A DNA stretch of 64,000 nucleotides from Cyclobacteriaceae bacterium. GTDB lineage: Bacteria; Bacteroidota; Bacteroidia; Cytophagales; Cyclobacteriaceae. The notes under the pieces are model-generated. The model did not search any database and had not been told where the DNA came from. It saw only the letters and a program-made list of their open reading frames with translations. Below are positions 20,586 to 30,222 of the stretch, in pieces. The position numbers and the translations under genes are program-made. The stretch is from contig JBGALO010000005.1 in assembly GCA_044223825.1 (NCBI GenBank), forward strand, positions 68,802-132,801, in the 5' to 3' direction. Each line of letters opens with the position of its first letter. Positions within the stretch are counted from its first letter, which is position 1.

Positions 20586-21515
20586 ATGCAGGGTCTTCCT
20601 TACTATGAAAAATTCATCAGAAGATATCCAAATGTAAAAGCCCTTGCCAAGGCAAAAGAACAGGAAGTGCTTCGTTTGTGGCAGGGATTGGGATACTATA
20701 CCCGTGCCCGAAATTTGCATGCATGTGCGAAAACGATCGCAAACAGGTATAAAGGAAGGTTCCCGCGAACGTACCAGGAACTATTGCAATTGCCCGGAAT
20801 AGGCACATATACAGCAGCAGCGATAGCATCGTTTGCATTTGATGAGAAGGTGGCAGTGGTGGACGGCAATGTGCAACGTGTATTGGCAAGGATTTTTGGA
20901 ATCGACAAAGAAGTTTCTTCACCCGACGGAAAGACATACTTTTCCACGATTGCGAACCAACTTATATCAAAAGATAATCCTGCCATTCACAACCAGGCCA
21001 TTATGGAATTCGGCGCACTGCAATGCGTTCCTGGCATGCCGGATTGCGAAAACTGCATCTTTCGCTCAGCGTGTTTTGCATACATACATAATAGCCAGAA
21101 GCTGCTGCCTGTCAAGAAAAAGAAAAGTGCTGTCAGCACTCGCTACTTCTACTATTTCCTGATGCGGAAGGAAAAGAAATTACTGATGATTGAGCGGAAC
21201 GGCAATGACATATGGAAAGGATTACACGACTTTCCGCTACACGAGGAAAATAAACACGTGAACGCCAAAAAAATCTTAGCAAAAATATTCCCGAATGGAG
21301 TCGCAGATGTTATTAACATCTCAAATAGCTATAAACATGTGTTGACACATCAGTTGATCTTTGCCACGTTCATTGAAGTTAAAGTTGATCCGGAAAACAT
21401 CCCCGAAGCCTGGCTCAGGAACGCTGATGCAAGGTGGCGATCAATCAACTCGCTGGAAAAAATTCCGAAACCCGTCCTGATTTCCAGATATCTGAAGGAC
21501 GAATCCATTTTATAG
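20586..21515 (+). pseudogene. mutY: A/G-specific adenine glycosylase, 5'-truncated (about 40 N-terminal aa missing)
   Basis: Has WQGLGYY, HhH LPGIGTYTA, VDGNV and the CX6CX2CX5C FeS motif, but begins at QGLPYY. There is an in-frame TGA at 20562 and no LPWR or WxSEIxLQQT upstream. Confidence 0.7.
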
Positions 21516-21631
21516 GAGTCGGGGAGATTTGGTATTTTTACAACCCTGCCTTCGTCCCGATTTAGTCGTCGGCGCTACGGCAGGCCCGCCCGGCAGCATT
21601 TTCAAACTCGAACAATAACCGCAACATATAT

Positions 21632-22072
21632 ATGTCAGGAGTAAACAAAGTCATTTTAGTAGGAAGGCTCGGAAAAGATCCTGAGGTAAGGAATCTTGAG
21701 AACGGTGCCACCGTTGCAAACTTTACTATGGCCACTTCAGAATCCTATAAAGACAAGACGACTGGTGAAAAGAAAGAAGTTACTGAATGGCACAACATCG
21801 TTTTGTGGAGGGGATTGGCTGATGTTGCCGCCAAATATCTTCATAAAGGTGACATGATTTATGTAGAAGGGAAATTGAGGACGCGTTCCTGGGAAAAAGA
21901 AGGTGTCACACGCTATACAACTGAAATTATCGGCGACAATATGACCATGCTTAGCACGCGACGCGACGGAGGCAGTCAGGAATACAGACCTTCGGCGCCA
22001 TCGCAGCAATCGGCCGGCTCGGATGATTTCAAACCAGGCGCTGACAACAGCACAGATGACCTTCCTTTCTGA
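21632..22072 (+). CDS. ssb: single-stranded DNA-binding protein
   Basis: [35 protein letters not shown] and a C-terminal DDLPF. Confidence 0.98.
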   Translation: MSGVNKVILVGRLGKDPEVRNLENGATVANFTMATSESYKDKTTGEKKEVTEWHNIVLWRGLADVAAKYLHKGDMIYVEGKLRTRSWEKEGVTRYTTEIIGDNMTMLSTRRDGGSQEYRPSAPSQQSAGSDDFKPGADNSTDDLPF

Positions 22073-22095
22073 GTTGAACATATTCAGACCGCCAC

Positions 22096-23451
22096 TTGGA
22101 ACAACCGGTTTCTTTGGATGAACCCCCCAGTATTTTCCTCGCAGGGATTTTCGCGCTGGAGTTGACTCCGTTTTATCTTTTCAGTTTTCTGGCAATTGCA
22201 GTATTGCTATTGATGTCTGCCATGATTTCAGCATCAGAGGTCGCTTTTTTTTCGCTGAAGCCGGATGATCTTGACAGATGCCGCGATTCTGACAATCCAC
22301 AAGACGCCAGCATCATCGACCTTTTGAAGCGCCCCCGTTTGTTGTTGGCGACAATCCTGATCATGAACAATTTTGTGAATGTCGGAGTTGTGACCATCTC
22401 CACTTTCCTCATGTGGGATATGGCGAATACGAGGAACCCATCTGATACAATTATTGGTATCGTAACCTTTGCCACGACATTTGCCATCACCTTTTTCGGC
22501 GAGATCATACCTAAGGTATATGCCACACAACGCAATATTCTGGTGGCGCGGATCATGGCGGGTGTGTGGAAAGTGCTTGAACGCATATGCCGGCCCGTTT
22601 CATTTATGCTTATGGGTATGAGCGGGCTGATTGAGAGGAGGATCAAGAAAAAGGGATACAGCAGCACGGTTGAAGAGCTCAATCAGGCCCTTGAGTTAAC
22701 GACCGACAACGAAGAGACTTCTGAAGACGAAAAGGAAATATTAAAAGGTATTGTCAATTTCGGAACATTCACCGTCACACAGGTGATGAGATCCAGGATG
22801 GAGATCTCCGCTGTTGAAGTGGATCTTAATTTCAAAGAGCTCCTTGAAGCGGTGAACAAATCCGGCTTTTCAAGAATACCCGTTTACAAAGAAACGATCG
22901 ATCATATCCAGGGTATTTTATACACTAAGGATCTCCTTCCTTACCTTGGCGAGTCAGAGACATTCAAGTGGCAGGAATTGCTTCGTTCGGGATTTTTCGT
23001 TCCGGAGACGAAGAAGCTCGATTCGTTATTGAAGGATTTCCAAAGCAAGCGCGTACACATGGCCATTGTCTCAGACGAGTACGGTGGAACCAGTGGTCTT
23101 GTCACACTTGAAGATCTGATTGAAGAGATCATCGGCGAGATCAACGATGAATTCGATGAAGTCTCTGTTCAATTCCAAAAGGTAGATGACAGAACGTTCA
23201 TCTTTGAAGGAAAAATTTCGCTTCATGATTTTTGCAAAGCGATGGACATCGATCCGCAGTACTTCGACGAAGTCAAAGGAGAAGCGGAGTCACTGGGTGG
23301 TTTGATACTTGAATTGAATCGTTCCATGCCCAATGCCGGAGAGAAAATTACTTACGAGAGATTCTTATTCACCATCGTGTCGGTGGACCAGAAAAGAATC
23401 AAGCGAATACGTGTGACGGTGTTAGATGGGGAAACTGGAGAAGAGGATTAG
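22096..23451 (+). CDS. gldE: gliding motility-associated protein GldE (CNNM/CBS/CorC family)
   Basis: SASEVAFFSL, LLATILIMNNFVN, FGEIIPK, CBS pair and VSDEYGGTSGLVTLEDLIEEIIGEI, CorC_HlyC tail; in ssb-gldE-gldD synteny. Confidence 0.88.
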   Translation: MEQPVSLDEPPSIFLAGIFALELTPFYLFSFLAIAVLLLMSAMISASEVAFFSLKPDDLDRCRDSDNPQDASIIDLLKRPRLLLATILIMNNFVNVGVVTISTFLMWDMANTRNPSDTIIGIVTFATTFAITFFGEIIPKVYATQRNILVARIMAGVWKVLERICRPVSFMLMGMSGLIERRIKKKGYSSTVEELNQALELTTDNEETSEDEKEILKGIVNFGTFTVTQVMRSRMEISAVEVDLNFKELLEAVNKSGFSRIPVYKETIDHIQGILYTKDLLPYLGESETFKWQELLRSGFFVPETKKLDSLLKDFQSKRVHMAIVSDEYGGTSGLVTLEDLIEEIIGEINDEFDEVSVQFQKVDDRTFIFEGKISLHDFCKAMDIDPQYFDEVKGEAESLGGLILELNRSMPNAGEKITYERFLFTIVSVDQKRIKRIRVTVLDGETGEED

Positions 23452-23609
23452 GCGGCAGCATCCTTTCCTGCTTTCTTTAGCTTTTCCATCTTTTCAAGCT
23501 CTCTGTTTTCCCTAGAGATGGAAACAATAAGGCCAACAAGTGGAATCATCAGTGCCACAAAGAGGCATGTCATCGCCACATAGGAGAATATTTCGTAGAA
23601 ATCTGCCAT
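23448..23609 (-). CDS. small single-TM hypothetical protein (53 aa)
   Basis: MADFYEIFSYVAMTCLFVALMIPLVGLIVSISRENRELEKME... The ATG overlaps the upstream stop (TAATG), indicating translational coupling. Confidence 0.55.
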   Translation of the reverse strand: MADFYEIFSYVAMTCLFVALMIPLVGLIVSISRENRELEKMEKLKKAGKDAAA

Positions 23610-23833
23610 TACATTCTCAATAGTTTCTTTGTTCGGCTGTAAAATTTGTACAATCCGACAATGCATCCAAAGATAATCAGTATTCCCGACGTGATGAAGA
23701 AGACTTCTTTGCCGGAATCAATATCACCGAGTATAAGTGTTGCCACTCCACCACTTGACGCTAAAAGAAAGACAGATGCTACTCTAATCACCTCTGTATT
23801 AAAGCGAATCTGTTCTTTAATCTGATCCGTCAA
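23609..23833 (-). CDS. small two-TM hypothetical protein (74 aa)
   Basis: ATG start and two hydrophobic segments (VASVFLLASSGGVATLIL; VFFITSGILIIFGCIVGLY); coupled to the downstream ORF. Confidence 0.55.
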   Translation of the reverse strand: MTDQIKEQIRFNTEVIRVASVFLLASSGGVATLILGDIDSGKEVFFITSGILIIFGCIVGLYKFYSRTKKLLRM

Positions 23834-23908
23834 TTTTATTCTGGTTTGTCTCTCAAATTTAACGGTACTTTACGCGTTAATTGCTTCGGATTGCGTTCGG
23901 AAAACCTG

Positions 23909-24481
23909 ATGAAAAGCTTTCTTGTTCTTATTACGATTGCGTTGTGTGGATTTTCGTGCTCACGCGATTATCAGCCCAAGCCCAAAGGATATAATCGCCT
24001 TGAACTGCCTGCTGTTGCCTATCAGATTTCTCCCGATACATTGCCTTATCAGTTTGAATATTCAACCAATGCAAAATTTTTAAAGGACACTTCGTGGGTG
24101 AGCGACAAACATTGGGTTGAAATTTATTATCCAATCCTCAACGCAACCATACACGTCACATACAAGGCGATCAATCACAACCAAAAGTTGTTGAAGGAAT
24201 TTTATAACGATGCGTATGTATTGACTTCAAAGCACCAGATCAAAGCTTATGCTATTGAAGAGACAATCGTTCACACGCCCTCCGGTAAAACAGCAGTGAT
24301 TGCCGAGCTCGAAGGTGAGGTGCCGAGTCAGTTTCAGTTTACAATGACCGATTCGTCGACCAATTTTCTGCGGGGGGCGTTGTATTTCAATGTGAAAGTG
24401 CAGAATGATTCATTGCAGCCAGCTATTGATTATGTGAAGAAGGATGCGATGCACTTAATAAACACGCTTCGCTGGAATTAG
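23909..24481 (+). CDS. gldD: gliding motility lipoprotein GldD
   Basis: Lipoprotein signal MKSFLVLITIALCGFSC, then PKPKGYNRLELP, QFQFTMTDS..NFLRGALYF and DSLQPAIDY. Start moved to ATG 23909. Confidence 0.93.
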   Translation: MKSFLVLITIALCGFSCSRDYQPKPKGYNRLELPAVAYQISPDTLPYQFEYSTNAKFLKDTSWVSDKHWVEIYYPILNATIHVTYKAINHNQKLLKEFYNDAYVLTSKHQIKAYAIEETIVHTPSGKTAVIAELEGEVPSQFQFTMTDSSTNFLRGALYFNVKVQNDSLQPAIDYVKKDAMHLINTLRWN

Positions 24482-24525
24482 TAACACAACTTTACTCCAA
24501 CAAAGATGAACGCGTGGATTATCCA

Positions 24526-24595
24526 ACGCAAAGACGCCTAGTGCGTGAAGAGGTGTCGTTAATAGCCTTTGGGAGCTTAGCGCCTTTGCGTGAGG
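24526..24595. repeat. intergenic imperfect inverted repeat, family A copy 1
   Basis: ACGCAAAGACGCCTAG ... CTTAGCGCCTTTGCGTGAGG; the right arm is identical to 33376-33395. Confidence 0.75.
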
Positions 24596-24660
24596 TGTAT
24601 TTCGCGTGACGGTTTATTCATAATTTAGCTGCAATTCATTGTCACGAGACGCAATAGCAA

Positions 24661-26751
24661 TTGCCATTCTTCGATACCTCCATAGAATTTCTCAAAGGCG
24701 TAGGCACGCAGCGCGCTGCACTGCTTCAAAAGGAGCTGAAGATATTTACGTTCGGCGATCTGATTCAACACTATCCGTTCCGGTACGAGGATCGCACACA
24801 GTTTTATAAAATCCAGGATGTAACCGAGGATATGCAGTATGTGCAGGTCATCGGAAAGATCACAAAGCTTGAAATTGCGGGGACAGGATTTAAAAAACGA
24901 CTTGTTGGAAAATTTACCGATGGATCAAATACGCTGGAGCTTGTGTGGTTTAAGGGAATCCCCTGGGTTCTTCAAAAAATTAAGCCCGAGATTGAGTACG
25001 TCATCTTTGGAAAGCCCAACCGGTTTGGAAAAACCCTTTCCATCGCGCATCCTGAAATCGAGCTCGCCAGCACGCGCAGCACAAAAGGCGGATACCTGCA
25101 ACCGGTCTATCCGCTGAGCGAAAAACTTCGCAATAAATATCTCGACAGTAAATTCATTTCAAAGCTTGAACAGGAACTACTTCGCGTAGCGCAACCGCAT
25201 ATTCATGAAACATTACCTCCTGCATTACTAAAACAATTTAATCTGATCAGCAAAAAGGAGGCGATCATCAATATTCATTTTCCTTCATCCCTTGAGAGAC
25301 TGACTGCTGCCCAGAACAGGCTGAAGTTTGAGGAATTGTTTTATCTACAGCTGCGGCTGCTGAAGATGAAAATTGTTAGATATGATAAGTTCAAAGGACA
25401 GGTTTTTTCCGATACATCAATCCTCACAAAATTCTATAATGAGTTCCTGCCGTTTCCGCTGACAAATGCTCAGAAGAAAGTTATCCGGGAGATTTACACC
25501 GATATGAAGTCTGGCCACCAGATGAACCGATTGCTTCAGGGTGACGTCGGGAGCGGGAAAACTATTGTCGGATTCATTAGCATATTGCTGGTGCTGGGTG
25601 GCGATGCACAAGCAGCGCTCATGGCGCCAACAGAGATTCTATCACAGCAGCATTACAATAGTCTGAAAAAATACGCCGAGCCCATGGGCATTACGATCGG
25701 TCTGCTAACGGGATCTACGAAGAAATCTGAGCGAAAAAAATTGCATGAAGATCTGCGAAGTGGTGACCTGAAAATTTTGGTAGGAACACACGCCCTGCTT
25801 GAGGAAGAAGTCATGTTCAAGCGTCTTGGCCTTGCCATTATTGATGAACAGCATCGGTTTGGTGTTGCCCAGCGATCGAAGTTGTGGCAAAAAAATGCGT
25901 CGGTGTATCCGCATGTCCTGGTGATGACGGCCACGCCCATTCCACGAACCCTTGCAATGACTTTGTATGGCGACCTTGAAATTTCTGTGATCGACGAATT
26001 GCCAAAAGGTCGTAAGCCAATTAAAACAACGCATCAATATGACTCGCACCGTTTGCAGGTGAATGGATTTATCAAATCACAAGTTGAGGCAGGCAGGCAG
26101 GTGTACATCGTATATCCATTGATCGAGGAATCAGAAAAGCTGGATCTGAAGCACCTGATGGATGGATATGAAAGTATTTCACGCGCGTTTCCTGACTATG
26201 CAATCAGCATCCTTCACGGGCAAATGAAACCTGAAGCCAAGAATTTTGAAATGGCCCGGTTTCTCAAAGGTGAAACAAAGATCATGGTTGCGACTACGGT
26301 GATCGAAGTAGGCGTCGATGTGCCGAATGCGTCGGTAATGATTATCGAAAGCGCCGAGAGATTCGGACTTTCTCAGCTTCATCAACTCAGGGGAAGGGTA
26401 GGCAGGGGAGCAGAACAATCCTATTGTATTCTTTTAACAAGCTTTAAGCTCAGCTCCGAAGCCCGGCTGCGCATGGATACCATGGTGAGAACCAACAATG
26501 GATTTGAAATTGCGGATACGGACTTAAAACTGCGCGGCCCGGGTGATTTAATGGGCACACAGCAGAGTGGTGTACTTGACTTACTCATTGCTGATCTCAG
26601 CAAAGACGGGAAAATACTTTCTGCTGCGCGCGAAGCGGCTGCACGTATTCTTGACATTGATCCTGAATTGACAAAACCTGAACATCAGTCAATCAAAGTT
26701 CACATTGCATCACTTCGAAAAAGTGCGGTGAATTGGGCAAAAATCAGTTAA
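24661..26751 (+). CDS. recG: ATP-dependent DNA helicase RecG
   Basis: LKGVG wedge start, RLLQGDVGSGKT, DEQHRFGV, MTATPIPRTL and QLHQLRGRVGRG motifs; TTG start. Confidence 0.98.
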   Translation: MPFFDTSIEFLKGVGTQRAALLQKELKIFTFGDLIQHYPFRYEDRTQFYKIQDVTEDMQYVQVIGKITKLEIAGTGFKKRLVGKFTDGSNTLELVWFKGIPWVLQKIKPEIEYVIFGKPNRFGKTLSIAHPEIELASTRSTKGGYLQPVYPLSEKLRNKYLDSKFISKLEQELLRVAQPHIHETLPPALLKQFNLISKKEAIINIHFPSSLERLTAAQNRLKFEELFYLQLRLLKMKIVRYDKFKGQVFSDTSILTKFYNEFLPFPLTNAQKKVIREIYTDMKSGHQMNRLLQGDVGSGKTIVGFISILLVLGGDAQAALMAPTEILSQQHYNSLKKYAEPMGITIGLLTGSTKKSERKKLHEDLRSGDLKILVGTHALLEEEVMFKRLGLAIIDEQHRFGVAQRSKLWQKNASVYPHVLVMTATPIPRTLAMTLYGDLEISVIDELPKGRKPIKTTHQYDSHRLQVNGFIKSQVEAGRQVYIVYPLIEESEKLDLKHLMDGYESISRAFPDYAISILHGQMKPEAKNFEMARFLKGETKIMVATTVIEVGVDVPNASVMIIESAERFGLSQLHQLRGRVGRGAEQSYCILLTSFKLSSEARLRMDTMVRTNNGFEIADTDLKLRGPGDLMGTQQSGVLDLLIADLSKDGKILSAAREAAARILDIDPELTKPEHQSIKVHIASLRKSAVNWAKIS

Positions 26752-26772
26752 CACGCATCAATGGCTAACTGC

Positions 26773-26780
26773 TATATTTG
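26773..26780 (+). promoter_or_regulatory. -7 box for the propeller/Y_Y_Y gene
   Basis: TATATTTG, 13 bp upstream of ATG 26794. Confidence 0.7.
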
Positions 26781-26793
26781 ATATTCTTATCAA

Positions 26794-29469
26794 ATGAAAA
26801 AACCCTTCTTTGCTGTAGTCCTGGTTGCGCTAATCTGTCATTCTACAAATGCCCAGACGGGACATTATTTTCTCTCACATTATAAACCTGGCAATGATAA
26901 CATCAGCTACCTGAGCTTTGATATCAAACAGGACAACAACGGAATATTATACTTTGCCAATCGCTCGGGTGTTCTGCAATTTGACGGCCGGACGTGGACG
27001 ATGGTTCCTGTAGGCAGTGGTGTATACTCGCTTGCAGTCACGACGGCAGGTGTCGTTTACGCAGGTGGTCCATCTGGCTTCGGTAAGATGGGACTCAATG
27101 GAACCAATCAACTGAGCTACCTCTCGCTCTCAGATTCATTACCAAAAGCCAAAAATATCTTTGCAGCATATGCTCTTAACAATTCTGTCTATTTCTTAAA
27201 TGATGAAAACCTTTTTGAGTTCGATGTTGCAACAGCGGCATCGAAAGCAATTTTCTCCACCACGCCGGCCCAGGGCCTTTTCACCGGCCTCTATCAAATT
27301 GGCTCACATCTGTATTTGGAGTCGGAGCATGCAGGCCTGAAAAAAATTAACGGCACTTCACTTGAACCCTCCGATGTGCAGGGAACGAAGGACAATCATC
27401 TCATTTTCAGCAAGGCTTCTCCGGATGGCAAAACCTACCTGATCGCGACTGTAGAAAATAGATTCTTTCTTCAGAAGGAGGGAGCCCCAACAGTCGAATT
27501 TTTTCCAAAAGATGTTTCTTACCTCGCAACGAATGTAGTTGCCAATTGTACCTGGGTCACCGAGAAGTTGGTAGCAATCGGTACACTTCGGGGAGGTGTC
27601 GTTTTTATTGACATAGAAACAGGAGAGACGGAGGAAATATCGAATTATTATGCCGGGCTTCCCGACAATGAAGTGTATGCATTGCATACCGACAGGCATC
27701 TTGGAGTTTGGGTCGCCCATGATTATGGATTCACGCGGGCAGCACCTTTTCTTCCTTTCAGAACATTCAATCATTATCCTGGACTTGTCGGGAATTTGTT
27801 GTGTGTTCAGTCCTTTAACGGTCAGGTGTACGTGGGTACAACATTGGGCCTTTTTGTTCTTGCCGGGGAAGAGCGCTTCGAAGACGAATCGTACAGTGTA
27901 AGCCGGACTGTACAGGAAAAACAAGAGCCAGTCAGCGACGCAACCCCACCGCAGGTGCAGAAGAAAAGGAAGGGAATTCTTAATCGCCTTAAGAAAAAAC
28001 AAATCGCGCAGGAAGCCCCTAAGGAAGAAGCCGTAAAATCCAAAACGACTCAATCAACGAAAGTCAAGATTCAAAAAACCAGAAAGGTCTTGAAGGGCAT
28101 CGAGTATGTGTACAAACGCGTTGATGGGATTTTTGGCAAAGCCGACCAGCTTCTCGTCGTTGGTGACAAGCTGCTTTGCGGTGGTGTTGGTGGGGTCTAT
28201 GAGGTGAAAGGTCTTTCAGCTACATCCATCAGTCCTAAACCCATGCGTACAGTTTTTTATTCTCAGAATCTAAAGCAGATTCTTGTCAGCACGTATGATG
28301 ATCAAATAAAATCTTTTCGCTCGAATGCAAAGGGATGGGAGGAGACGGACTTCCCTGATTCACTATCGATGTATGCAGATTATTTCTTTGAAGACAATCT
28401 GCAGGATCTATGGATATGCGGTCGCGACCGCGCTGTGAAGGTAGGAATCGAAGAAGGTGAAATTCTGGATGCGGAGACAATACCATTGCCGTACACTTCA
28501 ATTGATAGAACAGTTGGCTTGTCTTATGGATCAGAAGTGTATCTCACTCAGAACGGAGAATTTTTTCATTACCAAAGTTTTAAGAACAAGTTTGTCAAAT
28601 ATGATTCGCTACCTGGTCCAAAGAAATATTTTGCTTCGGCGGGGTATTTCTGGTTTTATGATGGCCACAAGTGGCGCACGGTTGACAGACGTCTTCAGGG
28701 TTCCATCAAGACCGAATGGTTGGCGCTTTTCCCTGACATCCGGTTTCTCGCTCCTGCAGAACAAGGTAAAAGTCTCTGGGTGATTACAGCATCCAATGAG
28801 CTTTACCGGTTTTCCAGCGACCAGAATCAGGGTACAGTACTGCCGAATCCATTGTTTCTAAAAGAAGTCCGAAGCCAACAGAATAAGTTGTTGCCGCAGC
28901 AAGTGGTGATGGTCGACGAACAGGAAAGCGCGCTCACATTTGAATTTATTCAACCCGAGTATGTTAGCCTCCAGGCGGTGGAATATCGCTATTGGGTAAA
29001 GGGCCTTCAATTGGAATGGTCGGATTGGTCGACGCTGAATAACGTTATCAATTTTCCATTCCTTCCACCGGGCAAGTACAAAGTTCAGATTCAGTCGAAA
29101 GATCTTTTTGGAAAAATCACGGAGTTGAACGCGGTGGAGTTTGATGTGTTGCCACCTTACTGGAAGCGCCCGTGGTTTTATGCGCTCGAGTTTTTCCTGA
29201 TCGGATCCCTCGTTGCTCTTTCACTGCGTGTGAAGAGTTCACGGTATCAGTATCTGAGCAGATTTCTTTCTGCACTTACCGTGATCATCTTGATCCAGCT
29301 GATCCAGACGGTTGCGTACTCTACGATCTCGTTGAAAAGCACTCCTGTTGCAGACTTCTTCATCCAAGTGGTGATCGCATTGCTTGTCCTTCCGGTTGAA
29401 GAATTTCTTCGGGGGAAAATCACCCAGGCGAACACACGAAGGGTAAGTGAATTGGTCGGCAATGATTAA
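26794..29469 (+). CDS. two-component-regulator beta-propeller plus Y_Y_Y domain membrane protein lacking an output domain
   Basis: Signal peptide, Reg_prop-like repeats (QDNNGILYFANRSGVLQFDG; GLPDNEVYALHTD..GVWVAHDYG), Y_Y_Y region (YRYWVKG..EWSDW..LPPGKYKVQI..LPPYW), then about 3 hydrophobic helices. Confidence 0.8.
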   Translation: MKKPFFAVVLVALICHSTNAQTGHYFLSHYKPGNDNISYLSFDIKQDNNGILYFANRSGVLQFDGRTWTMVPVGSGVYSLAVTTAGVVYAGGPSGFGKMGLNGTNQLSYLSLSDSLPKAKNIFAAYALNNSVYFLNDENLFEFDVATAASKAIFSTTPAQGLFTGLYQIGSHLYLESEHAGLKKINGTSLEPSDVQGTKDNHLIFSKASPDGKTYLIATVENRFFLQKEGAPTVEFFPKDVSYLATNVVANCTWVTEKLVAIGTLRGGVVFIDIETGETEEISNYYAGLPDNEVYALHTDRHLGVWVAHDYGFTRAAPFLPFRTFNHYPGLVGNLLCVQSFNGQVYVGTTLGLFVLAGEERFEDESYSVSRTVQEKQEPVSDATPPQVQKKRKGILNRLKKKQIAQEAPKEEAVKSKTTQSTKVKIQKTRKVLKGIEYVYKRVDGIFGKADQLLVVGDKLLCGGVGGVYEVKGLSATSISPKPMRTVFYSQNLKQILVSTYDDQIKSFRSNAKGWEETDFPDSLSMYADYFFEDNLQDLWICGRDRAVKVGIEEGEILDAETIPLPYTSIDRTVGLSYGSEVYLTQNGEFFHYQSFKNKFVKYDSLPGPKKYFASAGYFWFYDGHKWRTVDRRLQGSIKTEWLALFPDIRFLAPAEQGKSLWVITASNELYRFSSDQNQGTVLPNPLFLKEVRSQQNKLLPQQVVMVDEQESALTFEFIQPEYVSLQAVEYRYWVKGLQLEWSDWSTLNNVINFPFLPPGKYKVQIQSKDLFGKITELNAVEFDVLPPYWKRPWFYALEFFLIGSLVALSLRVKSSRYQYLSRFLSALTVIILIQLIQTVAYSTISLKSTPVADFFIQVVIALLVLPVEEFLRGKITQANTRRVSELVGND

Positions 29470-29493
29470 ATTCACCGTAGTAAATAAAATACC

Positions 29494-30216
29494 ATGAGGT
29501 TTTTCGCGCTCTTGCTTACAGCTTTAACTCTTTGCAGCTCATGCGGTAAGAACAGTAATTCGGAAACGGCCTCTCTACCAAAGACGTTCAATGTCGCTGA
29601 ATCTGATCCTGCAGCAGTGGAGCTGGCGGACAGCGTGATGCTGCTTGCCGGTGGGCATGAGAACTGGAGTAAAATGAAGTTTATTTCATGGACGACTCCT
29701 GAGAGGAAACTGGTGTGGGACACACAACGCGGAAAACTGCGTATGGAAAGCCTAACGGAAGATGCGATTTACCTTGTGGACCTGAACAACGGGCAAGGAC
29801 GTGTTCAACAGAAGGGAGAAGAGATCACTGATCCGTCTGAACTTAAAAAAATGCTTGCAAAAGCGAGGTTCACGTGGGTCAATGATATCTATGCTCTGGC
29901 GATGCCCTTCCGCCTGAAGGATGCAGGAGCGACATTGAAATACATGGGCGAAGATTCTTTGAAAGGTGGACTTTTCAATGTCCTTCAACTTACACTTGCC
30001 AATGACGGGACGAGTCAGGACAAATACAAAGTGTACGTTGATATTAAGACCAAGACAATCAGATATTGGGCCTATTTTGCAGACATGAATCAGGACACAG
30101 CCAGCTTCATCCGGACATGGTCAAGCGATAAATACGGAGATGTAATGTTGTCCGCAGGGTCAGGTGGCCTGTCCCTTGATGAAAATTTGCCTGAAAAAAC
30201 ATTCACAGAATTCTAA
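29494..30216 (+). CDS. hypothetical lipoprotein
   Basis: Lipobox LTLCSSC after a hydrophobic signal; 240-aa ORF in the operon. Confidence 0.7.
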   Translation: MRFFALLLTALTLCSSCGKNSNSETASLPKTFNVAESDPAAVELADSVMLLAGGHENWSKMKFISWTTPERKLVWDTQRGKLRMESLTEDAIYLVDLNNGQGRVQQKGEEITDPSELKKMLAKARFTWVNDIYALAMPFRLKDAGATLKYMGEDSLKGGLFNVLQLTLANDGTSQDKYKVYVDIKTKTIRYWAYFADMNQDTASFIRTWSSDKYGDVMLSAGSGGLSLDENLPEKTFTEF

Positions 30217-30222
30217 CCCACT

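Noticed and set aside
21545-21584. CCTGCC...GGCAGG hairpin between mutY and ssb as a structured RNA
   Set aside because: Short imperfect stem seen once in the window; not enough support to call.
27358-28053. Long antisense ORFs in the track (e.g. 27358-28053, 41439-42152, 60283-60813, 55915-56439)
   Set aside because: They are shadows of well-supported genes on the opposite strand, with no recognisable motifs.
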